Below are positions 16,489-26,330 of a stretch of DNA of 64,000 nucleotides, in pieces. Each line of letters begins with the position of its first letter. Within the stretch, counting starts at the first letter, position 1. Below the pieces are notes generated by a model. The model searched no databases, was not told where the DNA came from, and was given only the letters and a program-made list of their open reading frames with translations. The DNA is from an uncultured Actinomycetes bacterium (GTDB lineage: Bacteria; Actinomycetota; Actinomycetes; Mycobacteriales; Jatrophihabitantaceae): contig CAVTTS010000010.1 in NCBI GenBank assembly GCA_963737785.1, positions 248,127 to 312,126 on the forward strand. The letters are read 5' to 3'. The position numbers and the translations under genes were made by a program.

Positions 16489-16870
16489 GGCGGCGCATAG
16501 GTATCAGCGTCCCGGTGTGGCGGCGGCGCGGAGTGGATCTTGATACGTATGCGTCGTCATGACGTCGCATAGGTATCAGGGTCCGACTCGTGGCCGCGGG
16601 CGCGAAGTGGATCTTGATATCTATGCGTCGTCATGGCGGCGCATGGGTATCAGCGTCCCGCTCCCGCCAAGCACCGAAGTGGATCTCGATACGCATGCGT
16701 CGTCATGACGTCGGTTCGGTATCAGCGTCACGGTGTGGCGGCCGCGCGAAGTGGTCTCGATACGCATGCCTCGCCATGACGGCGCATAGCTATCAGCGTC
16801 CCGGTGTGGCGGCGGCGCGGAGTGGATCTTGATATCTATGCGTCGTCGTGGCGGCGTATCGGTATCAGCG
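16468..16870. repeat. Tandem array of six ~72-bp units. Each unit is a ~36-bp imperfect palindrome (GATAYNYATGCGTCGTCATGRCGNCGCATRGGTATC) plus a ~36-bp conserved linker (AGCGTCCCGGTGTGGCGGCGGCGCGGAGTGGATCTT)
   Basis: Palindrome copies start at about 16470, 16542, 16613, 16688, 16760 and 16830. The first and fifth linkers are identical. The array lies between a divergent gene pair. It is not CRISPR-like because the linkers are conserved repeats, not unique spacers. Confidence 0.85.
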
Positions 16871-16967
16871 TTCCGCGGTCTGCCGTGTCGGTGGGCGATG
16901 GATGATCTTCGCAGCGCGTATCGGGGTTATCCACAGGCGCGGGTGGGGGCTTTGCAGGGATTCGTGA

Positions 16968-17657
16968 GTGTGCCAGGGTAGCCAGATGGCCCGGTCGATC
17001 CTGTCTGTGTTGATCTTGGGCATGATCATGGTTTTGTCAGGGTGTGGGGGTAGCCCGAAGCAGGTGCCGTTCACTCCGTCCACGACCTACGACCCGCCGC
17101 CCGGCCCGTCCACGTCAGGCAACCCCGGTTCATCACCGGCGCCCACGGGCCCGGCGTCCGCAGCGACCGGAATCCCCGCCGACGTGCCGACGGTCGCGAC
17201 GAACCCCACCGTCGCCGGCGAGAGACCTCCTGTGCCACCGCCGATGGTCCACACCCAAACCGGCGCCATCACCTTCGCCGAGTTCTTCATGAAGACCGTG
17301 GATTGGGAGATCGCAACCGACGACAACCACTACGTCAAGCACTACTTCGCGTCGACGTGCGCCCAGTGCATCGCGATCGCCGCGGTCGCAGACAACCACG
17401 CCCGCGACGGTCTTCACTCTGAGGGCGGTCGCTCCACGCTCGTACGCGCCGCGATGGGGTCTCGCAAGGATCTGTTCGGTGCGGAGTTGACCGTCGACGT
17501 GTACGTCGCCACGTCCGCTTTGGCCGTGGTAAACGCGTCGGGCACCGTGGTCTCCGGCGATCCGGCGTATCCGGACTATCACGAGCAGCTTCTGTTGAAA
17601 TGGGGTGACGCCGGATGGGTGGTCGTCGCAGCGCAGGGTACGACAGACGGCAATTGA
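16968..17657 (+). CDS. Lipoprotein with a Pro-rich linker, unknown function
   Basis: 229 aa. Signal peptide plus lipobox LSGCGG, then a Pro/Thr-rich linker and a globular C-terminal domain. Confidence 0.6.
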   Translation: MCQGSQMARSILSVLILGMIMVLSGCGGSPKQVPFTPSTTYDPPPGPSTSGNPGSSPAPTGPASAATGIPADVPTVATNPTVAGERPPVPPPMVHTQTGAITFAEFFMKTVDWEIATDDNHYVKHYFASTCAQCIAIAAVADNHARDGLHSEGGRSTLVRAAMGSRKDLFGAELTVDVYVATSALAVVNASGTVVSGDPAYPDYHEQLLLKWGDAGWVVVAAQGTTDGN

Positions 17658-17695
17658 GCCCCCGCCCAACGCGACGCGCGCTCGTCGTCGCGTTC

Positions 17696-18589
17696 ATGAC
17701 TCTCATCGATTTCCTTATCCCCTGGGCGGCACCGCCAACTGCCGTCGCAGTGTCGATGACCGCCGCCGCGGGCTCGAACGCGACCTGCAACGCGTCCGCG
17801 TCCCAAACCGTGTATGGGGGGAACTCGGGCTACTTGGAAAACGGGACGTGTGACGCTCCGGCGCCGGATACGTCGGTGCCGGGGTTGCCGTCGCGGGTGG
17901 TCGATTGCGGGTACGGGACACCGGCCGAGAACGGGGCGCAGAAGCTGTGCGGATCGGGGCTACCGGACTGCCCACCCACACTGACCGACCCGACACCCCA
18001 CCTGTTCCTGAGCCAGATCCAGATCGGTACCGGCTGGGTCACCACCAGCGCCTGGTGTCCCGGCGACCCCCAACCCATACCGCTCGCCGACTCCCTGCGA
18101 GCCGAAGCCCTGAAACTCCTGACCCCCGTCGCGATCGGCACCACCGCCGGCGGCCACGGACTGGTCAACCTCGAACAACTCTTCTGGGCCCAAACCACCA
18201 CCACCGTCACCCTCGGCACCGTCACCCTCCTGGGCATCCCCATCACCCTGCGCGTCACCTTCACCTCCGCCACCTGGAACTTCGGCGACAACCACACCGA
18301 CCGCACCACCACCCCCGGCCGCCCCTACCAACCCGGCATCTGCCACACCAACCAATGCCCCATGTTCTACGGCCACACCTACACCACCACCGGACCCCAC
18401 ACCGTCACCCTCACCATCACCTGGACCGGCCAATTCCACCTCACCACCGGCCCCTGGACCCCCATCCCCGGCGCCCTACCCGGACCCACCGCCACCACCA
18501 CCGTCCACCTCTGCCAAGCCCGCGCCGTCCTCCTCCCACCCACCGGACCCATCCCCACCAACCCCACCACCACCCCCACCAACTGCTGA
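17696..18589 (+). CDS. Secreted Thr-rich, Cys-containing hypothetical protein
   Basis: The track ORF 17615-18589 overlaps the previous gene, so the likely start is Met28 (MTLIDFLIPWAAPPTAVAVS, a signal-like sequence). Multiple Cys residues. The C-terminal half is rich in TxT beta-strand motifs (VTLTITWTGQFHLTTG). Confidence 0.45.
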   Translation: MTLIDFLIPWAAPPTAVAVSMTAAAGSNATCNASASQTVYGGNSGYLENGTCDAPAPDTSVPGLPSRVVDCGYGTPAENGAQKLCGSGLPDCPPTLTDPTPHLFLSQIQIGTGWVTTSAWCPGDPQPIPLADSLRAEALKLLTPVAIGTTAGGHGLVNLEQLFWAQTTTTVTLGTVTLLGIPITLRVTFTSATWNFGDNHTDRTTTPGRPYQPGICHTNQCPMFYGHTYTTTGPHTVTLTITWTGQFHLTTGPWTPIPGALPGPTATTTVHLCQARAVLLPPTGPIPTNPTTTPTNC

Positions 18590-18594
18590 GGGAT

Positions 18595-18740
18595 CCCGGA
18601 TATGCATGCGTCGCCCCGGCGCCGGCTGGATATCAGCGTCCAACGACGATCCACGCAGACACGCACAGGCGTGGGGCCGCGAGTGGATCGTGATATCCAT
18701 TCGACGCCATGGCGTCGGATCGGTATCAGCCGGCGGCGCG
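18595..18740. repeat. Two degenerate copies of the same GATAT...GGTATCAGC palindromic repeat family, including a perfect 16-bp palindrome CGACGCCATGGCGTCG
   Basis: gatatgcatgcgtcgccccggcgccggctggatatcagcgtcc and gtgatatccattcgacgccatggcgtcggatcggtatcagcc. Same orientation as the array at 16.5 kb. Together with that array they flank the 16968-18589 gene pair. Confidence 0.6.
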
Positions 18741-18756
18741 CCCGGGGCCAATCCCC

Positions 18757-18796
18757 GGCGCACACGAAAGGGCGGCCCCGCAGATGCGGGACCGCC
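18757..18796 (-). terminator. Intrinsic terminator downstream of rplL
   Basis: Minus-strand hairpin GGGCGGUCCCGCAUCUGCGGGGCCGCCC followed by CUUUCGUGUG. Confidence 0.6.
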
Positions 18797-18850
18797 CATC
18801 GTCGAACCAGCTAGCAACCGGATCGCGCCGTAGGGCGCGATCGGTCGGCC

Positions 18851-19240
18851 TTACTTGACCGTGACGCTGGCGCCGGCACCCTCGAGGGCCGCCTTCGCCT
18901 TCTCGGCAGCTTCCTTGTTGACCTTCTCCAAGACGGTCTTCGGGGCACCGTCAACGAGGTCCTTGGCCTCCTTGAGACCGAGGTTCGTGAGGGTGCGCAC
19001 CTCCTTGATGACCTGGATCTTCTTCTCGCCGGCACCCTCGAGGATGACGTCGAACTCGTCCTTCTCCTCCTCGGCCTCGGCCGGGGCGGCCGGGCCCGCG
19101 GGACCGGCAGCGGCAGCCGCGACCGGCGCGGCGGCGGTGACGTCGAAGGTCTCCTCGAACTGCTTCACGAACTCCGACAGCTCGAGCAGCGTCATTTCCT
19201 TGAACGCGTCGAGCAGGTCGTCAGTGGACATCTTCGCCAT
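18851..19240 (-). CDS. rplL: 50S ribosomal protein L7/L12
   Basis: 129 aa. Canonical L7/L12 sequence ([26 protein letters not shown]...[12 protein letters not shown]). Confidence 0.97.
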   Translation of the reverse strand: MAKMSTDDLLDAFKEMTLLELSEFVKQFEETFDVTAAAPVAAAAAGPAGPAAPAEAEEEKDEFDVILEGAGEKKIQVIKEVRTLTNLGLKEAKDLVDGAPKTVLEKVNKEAAEKAKAALEGAGASVTVK

Positions 19241-19296
19241 GGTTGGCGTCCTTTCTTCGATTTCTTGCTGGCCTGGAAGCCGGCAGGTGTTGGTTG

Positions 19297-20058
19297 TTAC
19301 TCCGCCGGCTCGGCGGGAGTTTCGGACGATTCGGCGTCGGTGGCCACGGCCTCCGGTGCCTCGGAAGTGCCGGCCTCGGCGTCAGCCGGGGCCTCATCGG
19401 CAACCGGAGCGTCTTCGGCGCCCGCGTCGACAACGGGAGCGTCGTCGGCGGCCGCGTCGACAACCGGAGCGTCGTCGGCAACCGCATCAGCGGCGTCCGC
19501 GTCGACAGCCGGTGCTGCCGCAGCGGGTTCCGCGGCGACAGCGACAGCCGGCTTCTTCTCTTCGAGGGCCTTGGCCAGACGTGCCATCTGCGACAGCGGC
19601 GCCTGGAACAACCCGGCCGCGCGGGACGGGAGCGCCTTGAGGGCTCCAGCCAGCTTGGCGAGCAGGACCTCACGGGACTCGAGGTCGGCGATCTTGGCAA
19701 CCTCGGCGGCGGTCAGCGACTTGCCGTCGAGGACACCGCCCTTGATCACCAGGAGCGGGTTGCCCCGCGCGAACTCGCGCAGGCCCTTCGCGGCCTCGAC
19801 CGGGTCGCCCTTGACGAACGCGATCGCGGTCGGCCCGACGAGCAGGCTGTCGGCGATCGTCACTCCGGCCTCGGCGGCTGCCCGCTTGGTCAACGTGTTC
19901 TTGACGACGGCGTAGGTCGTGTCGCGTCCGAGGGCCCGGCGAAGCTGGGTGACCTGCTTGACCGACAGTCCGCGGTACTCGGTGATAACCGCGGCGGACG
20001 ACGTGGCGAAGTGATCCGTGATCTCGGCGACCGCGGTGATCTTCTCTGTGCTCGGCAT
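19297..20058 (-). CDS. rplJ: 50S ribosomal protein L10 with an unusual acidic Ala/Asp/Pro-rich C-terminal extension
   Basis: The true start is [17 protein letters not shown] (ATG at 20058 with a GGAGGA RBS). The longer track ORF is upstream read-through. About 253 aa versus the usual ~175 aa, with DDAPVVDA-type repeats. Confidence 0.9.
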   Translation of the reverse strand: MPSTEKITAVAEITDHFATSSAAVITEYRGLSVKQVTQLRRALGRDTTYAVVKNTLTKRAAAEAGVTIADSLLVGPTAIAFVKGDPVEAAKGLREFARGNPLLVIKGGVLDGKSLTAAEVAKIADLESREVLLAKLAGALKALPSRAAGLFQAPLSQMARLAKALEEKKPAVAVAAEPAAAAPAVDADAADAVADDAPVVDAAADDAPVVDAGAEDAPVADEAPADAEAGTSEAPEAVATDAESSETPAEPAE

Positions 20059-20350
20059 GTATCCTCCTCTCACATGGTCGGCGCTGGCCGATCGAGCGAG
20101 TTCGGAACAACAAAAAACGCCCCGGCGCAGGGCGCACGGGGCGGCAAGCATCACGCATACCGAACCGTCCAACCTGCGCGGGTCGTTCCGGCGCTCCGGA
20201 ATCATTCGGTCACGTGTGCGCACGTGACGGCCAGCGGTCTTCGGTGGATCGCTGACAAGGTTACGCACCCGTCGGCGACCGAGCCAAATCGCCGCCACCC
20301 GAGTCACTTTTGGCGGCGCAACCTCATATGCACTGCGCTGCCGCCCCACG
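20059..20350 (-). promoter_or_regulatory. rplJ-rplL 5-prime leader, the likely L10(L12) autoregulatory leader and promoter region
   Basis: A ~290-nt non-coding gap upstream of rplJ, as is typical for L10-leader-containing operons in actinobacteria. I did not verify the structure. Confidence 0.4.
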
Positions 20351-20357
20351 CGATGGG

Positions 20358-22649
20358 TCAGGCGTCAGCGGCGAGGTCGGTCGCGTAGGTCAGGCCGGCC
20401 GTCGACGAATACGGCTCAGCCCGCAGGGCGCTCGCAAACACGTCGAACGCCGTGGCCGGGTCCATGCTGACGCAGCCGGACGTCGGGCTCAGGCAGGCCG
20501 CCTGCGAGGTGAGCACGCCGGCGAAATCGATGTGATCGGACGCAGTCGCACCGGCCTGGTCGATCGCGGCCCACTGACCGGCCTGGACGGGCAGGTAGAT
20601 CTGCGGCAGCGCGATGATCCGCGTCGGCGCCAGCCCGTGGGCCAGGTCGTAGTAGTTCTGCTGCGTCCAGGTCTTCGAGGCCTGGTTGTCGTCGAGCACG
20701 GTGTCGCAGTTGGCCGCGGTCGAGGTCGGGCAGCCATCCGCCGATCCGTTCTCGACCAGCCGGGCCGGCGTCGACGCGAGGTAGCTCGTCACCCACTGCT
20801 CGGCCTGCGCTTCGCTGCTGCTGAAGCCGGCCTCGATATCGGCCGCACCGACCACCTCGAGCCGCGACGATCCGTGCGCCCGAGCCGGCCCGACGACCTG
20901 CGTCGCCCAGTCGGCGCCGCGCTGCGGGGCCGGGTAACTGGAGAAGTCGCCGTCGTTGTTGGTGCCCAAAGCGATCACGGCCGTCGCGGTCGCCGGTTGG
21001 CAGGACGAGTAGCCGTCGAGGTACGCGTCGATCGCGGCCACCAGCTGCGCGTAGGTCAAGCGAGTGGCCGTCCCGCTCAGCAACACCCCGGGCGTCGTCG
21101 CCGACAGCGGCGCCCGGACCGTCTGCGCTCCGACGTCGAGCAGCACGATCGAGTCGCCGGCCGGACCGCCGATGCCGGCATCGGACGTTGCATCGCTGCA
21201 GCCGAGGCGATTCATCGCAGGCGCGTCGGCCGCCGTTCCCTGCAACGCGCGCAGGTAGTGGCTGGTCGATCGACGGGGGGCCGAACGGCTGAGCACGTAG
21301 CCGACCACGTCGATGGTGATCGTCGCGGTGTCGGCCGATCCGTTGAGCACGCTGAGTTCGCCGTCGGCGCTGACCGGGACCATCACGAGGCTCTGCGTCG
21401 TGACGCCCGGTGAGTACTGGACGCTGGCTGTCTCCGGCGGCGAACCGGCCCCGGCGTACAGGCTCAGGTAGCCGCCGCTCACGCCTGCGGTCACCGTCAC
21501 ATCGGCGAGGACGGCGGCCACATCGGTGCTGGGTAGCGCGCCGACCCCGAGGACGTGGGCGGACGTCGCGCCCAGCGGCGCGACCGCTGACGTCAGGGCG
21601 CGCGCGGCCGGGACCGCCACGACGCTGCCCGCGGCGGTCGCGGTTCCAGCCGACGTGTAGCCCGTGACGACCACCGCGACATCGACCGGCGCGGTGGAGT
21701 CGGTGGCGATGACGATCCGCCCGTCCGGGCCGAGCGGGACGAGTGCGGAATTCGACGCCGACTGGCCGGCATCGAAGTGGACGGCCGATCCGCTGGGATG
21801 AGCGCCGCTTGCGTAGCCGCTCAGGTCACCGGCCGCGGACGGGTTGAGCGCGGTCAACTCGATCGAGACCGCACCACCGGCGGGAATCCCGTCGACGCCG
21901 GCGAGCTGGATCGCTCGGGGCGTGGCGCTGGTGATCGGCCCGGAGCCGTCGATGGCCGTATCGAGCACGGTGTCGCGCGCGACCGGCGCGAAGCCGCCGT
22001 TCGGCAAGTCGGTCGCGCCCGCAGCGGCGCTGGACGCCATCGATCCGCCCGCGAAGTAGCCGGTGACGTCCGCGTACACGTGGGTCGCGGCCGGCGACCC
22101 GTTGTGGACGTCGACCAGTCCGTCCGCCCCGATCGCGACGATCACGAGTCCGGACACGCGGGCCGGGTTCGGTCCGAGTTCGGCCGGCGTCAATGTCGTC
22201 ACGGGATCCGCGGCATTCGGATCGTCGGCCGAGAACACGACCGCGCCGGCCGCGGCACTGTTCGTGACGGCGACGGAGAGGACCACCGCCGAAGCGCCGG
22301 TGCGCGGGACACCCGCGACGCCGGCCACCGCGAAGGAGGCGTACGCGCCCGCCGAGATCGGCCCCTGGGCGCCGACATCGACTCGAGTATCGAGCACGGA
22401 TGTCGGCGGCAACGACGTGAAGCTGCCGGGCAGTAATGCCGTAGTGGCGCCGGGGCTCGAACCGGTCGTCACGCTGTCCACGGTCGCGGCGTTCGACGAC
22501 GATCCGCGCGGGCCGACAACGCCGGAACCGGCGGCACCGGCCGTACCGGCCGCACTCGCCACCGAGTCGACGGCCGCGATCACGACGAGGGCGGCCAGCA
22601 TCGACGACGCGAACGCGCGCAGCCGTCGCCTCCCGGGCCCCGATCCCAT
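20358..22649 (-). CDS. Secreted protein with three tandem ~100-aa beta-rich internal repeats plus a ~290-aa C-terminal domain, unknown function
   Basis: 763 aa. N-terminal signal with an RRRLRAF motif (Tat-like). Three modules share the pattern ...LDTR...G..GVP...AV.L.V....GYF. The C-terminal domain is Cys-containing and non-repetitive. Confidence 0.65.
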   Translation of the reverse strand: MGSGPGRRRLRAFASSMLAALVVIAAVDSVASAAGTAGAAGSGVVGPRGSSSNAATVDSVTTGSSPGATTALLPGSFTSLPPTSVLDTRVDVGAQGPISAGAYASFAVAGVAGVPRTGASAVVLSVAVTNSAAAGAVVFSADDPNAADPVTTLTPAELGPNPARVSGLVIVAIGADGLVDVHNGSPAATHVYADVTGYFAGGSMASSAAAGATDLPNGGFAPVARDTVLDTAIDGSGPITSATPRAIQLAGVDGIPAGGAVSIELTALNPSAAGDLSGYASGAHPSGSAVHFDAGQSASNSALVPLGPDGRIVIATDSTAPVDVAVVVTGYTSAGTATAAGSVVAVPAARALTSAVAPLGATSAHVLGVGALPSTDVAAVLADVTVTAGVSGGYLSLYAGAGSPPETASVQYSPGVTTQSLVMVPVSADGELSVLNGSADTATITIDVVGYVLSRSAPRRSTSHYLRALQGTAADAPAMNRLGCSDATSDAGIGGPAGDSIVLLDVGAQTVRAPLSATTPGVLLSGTATRLTYAQLVAAIDAYLDGYSSCQPATATAVIALGTNNDGDFSSYPAPQRGADWATQVVGPARAHGSSRLEVVGAADIEAGFSSSEAQAEQWVTSYLASTPARLVENGSADGCPTSTAANCDTVLDDNQASKTWTQQNYYDLAHGLAPTRIIALPQIYLPVQAGQWAAIDQAGATASDHIDFAGVLTSQAACLSPTSGCVSMDPATAFDVFASALRAEPYSSTAGLTYATDLAADA

Positions 22650-22702
22650 GTGTGCAGAATACTCCTACACGTCAACTTTGCACTTCACGAAACGGACAGA
22701 AT

Positions 22703-25202
22703 TTATACGCCGAACGTGACGAATGGCGTGGGTTCGTCGACCGACGACACCGCCTCGGCAAGGGCCTCCGCCGAGTCGCGACCCACGGCGAGGCGCCGGT
22801 GGTAGCCGAGCATCGCCTCGGACGCGGCATCGTCTCCGACTCGCGCGACCCCGCTCACGACGGTGCGCGAACCGAGGTGAAGCAGGACGCTGGTCAGCCC
22901 CAAAGCCTCATCGCCGGGACGAATCGTCGCCATCCCCAGCTCGCACGCGGACAACACGACGTGTGGCGCCGCGTGGTCGAGTTCGTGCGCGAACATCGGC
23001 CCGTCCGCCATCCGGATCGAGCTGAACAGCGGGTTCTCCGTCTGGTGCTGACCGTGGGCGGCCACGTGCACGGTCGCGGCCGTCGCCATCGCGGCCGCGA
23101 GTTCGGCCCGAGTCGCGCCGGCCGACACCGTCGCGCCGAGTCGGATGCGGCCGATCTCGGCTACCTCGTGATCCGCGCGGCGCAGGTCGGGACCGGCGAG
23201 CGCGATCAGCTCGCCACCGGCCGACCCGGCGGCGCGCGCCGTCACCCAGGCCGTCGCGGAGGGAGTGACGACGACCGGTTCGCCGCGCCGCGACGGGATC
23301 GACGTCCAGGGCAGGGCAGCCAGCAGGCCGGTCGGCACGACGACGAGCCGGTGGCCGCCCGCGCGCAGCGGGCGCACCAACAGCTCGTCGAGCCTCACCA
23401 GCGACCGGGAGAGTGATGCCGACGCCGCCCCGCGGATCGCGGCCGGCAGCCGCTCGTAGGCGAGCACGTCGAGGTCGGCGCGAGCTCGCCGGACCAAGGC
23501 ATCGACGTCGTCGGCGTCCCCGAGCTCGTGCAGAGTCACGCGTCGCGCATCGAGTCGCAGCCCGTGCAGACGTCCACCGACCCGGACGTACGCCACCAGG
23601 ACGGCGTCGGCGTCCGCGACCGCGGCCCGGATCGCGGCCGACGATGCCGGTTGCTGCACGTGACCGCCGCCGGGCAGCGTCCAACTACGGCCTTTGATCT
23701 GTCGCTCCAACTCGGCCCGCCGCGGCTGCAAGGTGGGCGCCTGGCTGGCATCGGCCCGGACGGTCTCGACGAGCTGGCGCAGTTCGGCCAGCAGATCGGC
23801 CGTCTGCGGATCGGCCGGCGGCCGGATCGCCGACAAGCGGCTCGAGACGGCCCGGCCACGCTCGATTGCGGCCAGCACGGCCGTCGGCGACCCGCCGTCG
23901 ACCGCCATCGAGACGTCCAGCTCGGCGAGCCGCGAGCCGTGCGCGGCACTCGCGGTGCGCAGGTCCATACCGCCAAAGCTGGCCTGGTAGGTCGCCAGCT
24001 CGTCGAGACCGGCGCGGACATGTCGGCGCGCCGAATCCCGCCGGCCGGCCGTCTCGTCGAGCCGGGCGCGTACGTACCGATCGTGCAACCGGACCGAGAT
24101 CGGATCACCGGCCGCCGGCGGGTCGGCGACGAGCTCGGCCGCCGCGTCGAGCTGACCGACGGCCAGCAGGCACTCGGCGGCGACCAACGCGGCCGTTCGG
24201 GCGCGGCCCGACAATCCCTGCGTGCGAAGCTCGGCCGCAGCCGCAGCGCCACCGGCGCGAGCCGCGCGGGCGGACGACCGGTCGACAGATCGCCTTGGAG
24301 CAGGACCAGCTCGGCGTCTCGCGCCAGCGATCGTTGCCGCGCCGCCGGAATCGATCGCGGGCCCGGCCGGCGAACCGGCGAGCGGCCGCGACGTCGCCGG
24401 CCAGCAACGCGCACTCGGCTCGGGCCAGTTCGGTCTCGGCAACGTCCTGGGCCAGCCGCTCTTCGCGAAGATGGCGCCGGCGCGGGCCAGGGCGTTGTCG
24501 GCGTCGCGGGCCAAGCCGGCATCGAGCAGGACACGCGCCCGATCGAGCAGCGGAATGCCCTCGGAAACCCCCTCGCCGTACACCAGGGCCTCGTCCATGA
24601 CGGCCAGCGCGCGGGCAGATCGCCAGCGACGAACTCGGCGTACCCGAGGTTGTGCAGCGCCTTGAACCGCCACATGTTGACGCCGCGGTCGGCGGCGAAG
24701 TCGGCGGCCCGCGTGAACATCTCGCGGGCCGGTAGCACTTCGCCGCGCAGCAGTCGGATGTAGCCCGCGTTCAGCAGGATCGAGTAGTGGTCGTTGTCGT
24801 CGGCGGATCCGATGATCGCGATCGCGGCGTCGCTGCTGTCCTGCGCCGACGCGAGGTCACCGCTGCGGAAGGCGATCAACGCGTGCTGGCTGTGCGCTCG
24901 GACCGTCAGAGCTCGGGTCGTCGAGGTGGGACGAGATGCCGTTTCGCCTCGGTCAGCGTGACCAGACCGCGCTCGGCACCGAAGACCTCAGCCTCGGAAT
25001 AGGCGCGACTGATCAGAATGGCCGCCAGGACCCCTTCGACCGCCGATGGCTCGGCCTCGCCCGGGCTCGGCGTGATCAGGGCCTGGGCCCGGCGCAGTAT
25101 CGAGAGCGCGCGGATCGGATGCCCGTGGTTGTGCTCAGCGACCGCGCGGGTCTGCAGCTCGATGGCCCGATCGAGCAGAGCCGTCGCAGAACCACGGGTC
25201 AT
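22703..25202 (-). pseudogene. TPR-repeat CHAT-domain (caspase-like) protease gene, interrupted by at least two frameshifts
   Basis: Three consecutive reading frames (25202-24906, 24879-about 24640, 24673-22703) encode TPR-like helical repeats and then a CHAT domain with catalytic His and Cys motifs (HVAAHGQH ... VVLSACELG). Junctions are at about 24900 and about 24640. Confidence 0.7.
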
Positions 25203-25230
25203 GGCGTCAGGTTGTCATACTCGCGCGGCG

Positions 25231-25746
25231 TCAGAGTTCGAGCGACGGCGTGATCACCGGCGGACGCCCGCTGTCGTCGGGCGCTCGCAGCACGAACTGG
25301 GCCAGTCCGCGGGGCACGTCCTCGAAGACGAACCGGCCGTCGGCGTCCGCGACCGCGTGCAGGACGCCGCCGACGATGCGCAACTCGACCTCGAGCCCCG
25401 CACCGGGCGCGGCCCAGCCGTCGAGCCGGACGCGCTCGGCGCCGGCCGCGGTGATCGTCACCATCGTCGTGAGACTCGGGCTCGTGAACGTGACGGTCTG
25501 CACCTCCGTCGCACCGAGCTCACCGCCGCGCGCTCCGAGCAACTCGGACTCCAGTCGCTGCAGCTTCGCGATCTCGGCGTGCAGCGCGTCGAGGGTGATC
25601 CCGAACTGGATGCGCTCGATGAGCCCGTCCGGGACCGGATCGGCCAGGTCGTACAGCGCCGCCACACGACGCAGCGTTGCGACGTCGTCGGCGTCGAGCT
25701 GGCCGGACGCGAGAGTCTCCACGCTCGGACGGTCGTTGTCGGACAT
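25231..25746 (-). CDS. Hypothetical cytoplasmic protein translationally coupled to the ECF sigma factor (candidate anti-sigma or regulatory partner) with an Ig/carboxypeptidase-regulatory-like C-terminus
   Basis: The real start is MSDNDRPS, whose ATG overlaps the sigma factor stop (TGATG). About 171 aa. No TM segment and no HxxxCxxC zinc anti-sigma motif. The track ORF extends upstream in an overlapping frame. Confidence 0.5.
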   Translation of the reverse strand: MSDNDRPSVETLASGQLDADDVATLRRVAALYDLADPVPDGLIERIQFGITLDALHAEIAKLQRLESELLGARGGELGATEVQTVTFTSPSLTTMVTITAAGAERVRLDGWAAPGAGLEVELRIVGGVLHAVADADGRFVFEDVPRGLAQFVLRAPDDSGRPPVITPSLEL

Positions 25747-26330
25747 CAGGCCTCCCATTGAGGATCGTCGATCAGTCGAGCACGGAGTTTGGCCAGGCAT
25801 CGGCCGCGGGTCGGGCCGATGCTGCCCACCGGCATACCCAATGCCGCCGCCAGCGTCCCGTAATCGGGTCGGTCGGAGAACGCGATGACGCGCAGGAGTT
25901 CGCGACACCGGACCGAGAGCGTCGAGATGTGTTCCCAGAGACGCGATTGCTCGGACTCGCGCAGCACCGTGGGTTCGGGGGACGCCTCCAAGGAGGCCAC
26001 CAGGTCGTCGGGCGCGAAGTCGTGCGGGTCGGCCCGCTTGTCGACCCGGGCGACCCGCCACGCCTCGCGGCGCGCGGTCACGATGAGCCACTGCAGAACC
26101 GCCCGCGAGTCGCTGATCGATTCGCTGTTGCGCACCAGCGCGAGCCAGGCCGCCTGGACGACGTCTTCGGCCGAGCCCTGGGAGATGTTCTGCGCCCGAA
26201 CGGTGTGCCACATGATCGGCGTCAGGAGCGCGACGAGCTCGCCCATCTTCGCCTCGTCCCCGGCGCGGAAGCCGGCGAACAGCGCGCCCGCGCGGGCGGC
26301 CAGGGTGTCCGGGAGCGGTTCGGCGATCAT
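25746..26330 (-). CDS. ECF (extracytoplasmic function) RNA polymerase sigma-70 family factor
   Basis: About 195 aa starting at MIAEPLPDTL. Region 2 (DVVQAAWLALVRN) and region 4 HTH (RELLRVIAFSDRPDYGTLAAALGMPVGSIGPTRGRCLAKLR). Its ATG overlaps the upstream S8 peptidase stop (ATGA). Confidence 0.8.
   Translation of the reverse strand: MIAEPLPDTLAARAGALFAGFRAGDEAKMGELVALLTPIMWHTVRAQNISQGSAEDVVQAAWLALVRNSESISDSRAVLQWLIVTARREAWRVARVDKRADPHDFAPDDLVASLEASPEPTVLRESEQSRLWEHISTLSVRCRELLRVIAFSDRPDYGTLAAALGMPVGSIGPTRGRCLAKLRARLIDDPQWEA

Noticed and set aside
16590-16832. 80-aa ORF (and similar small ORFs) inside the tandem repeat array
   Set aside because: The sequence is repeat-derived (MRRHGGA... iterated), which is the signature of translating a tandem repeat. 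It is not a gene.
16468-16870. Possible CRISPR array
   Set aside because: The segments between the palindromes are themselves conserved (two are identical) rather than unique spacers. The repeats are palindromic, 36 bp with a 72-bp period, and no cas genes are nearby. It is a tandem minisatellite/REP-like array.
17905-18693. 262-aa His/Pro/Arg-rich ORF overlapping the secreted-protein gene in another frame
   Set aside because: The alternative frame (17696-18589) encodes a plausible signal peptide plus a Cys/Thr-rich secreted protein. The His-rich frame is low-complexity antisense-style noise.
25231-26211. Track ORF of 326 aa as a single protein
   Set aside because: The N-terminal 155 residues are the antisense/alternate frame overlapping the ECF sigma gene. 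The coherent protein starts at the internal Met (MSDNDRPS), whose ATG overlaps the sigma stop.
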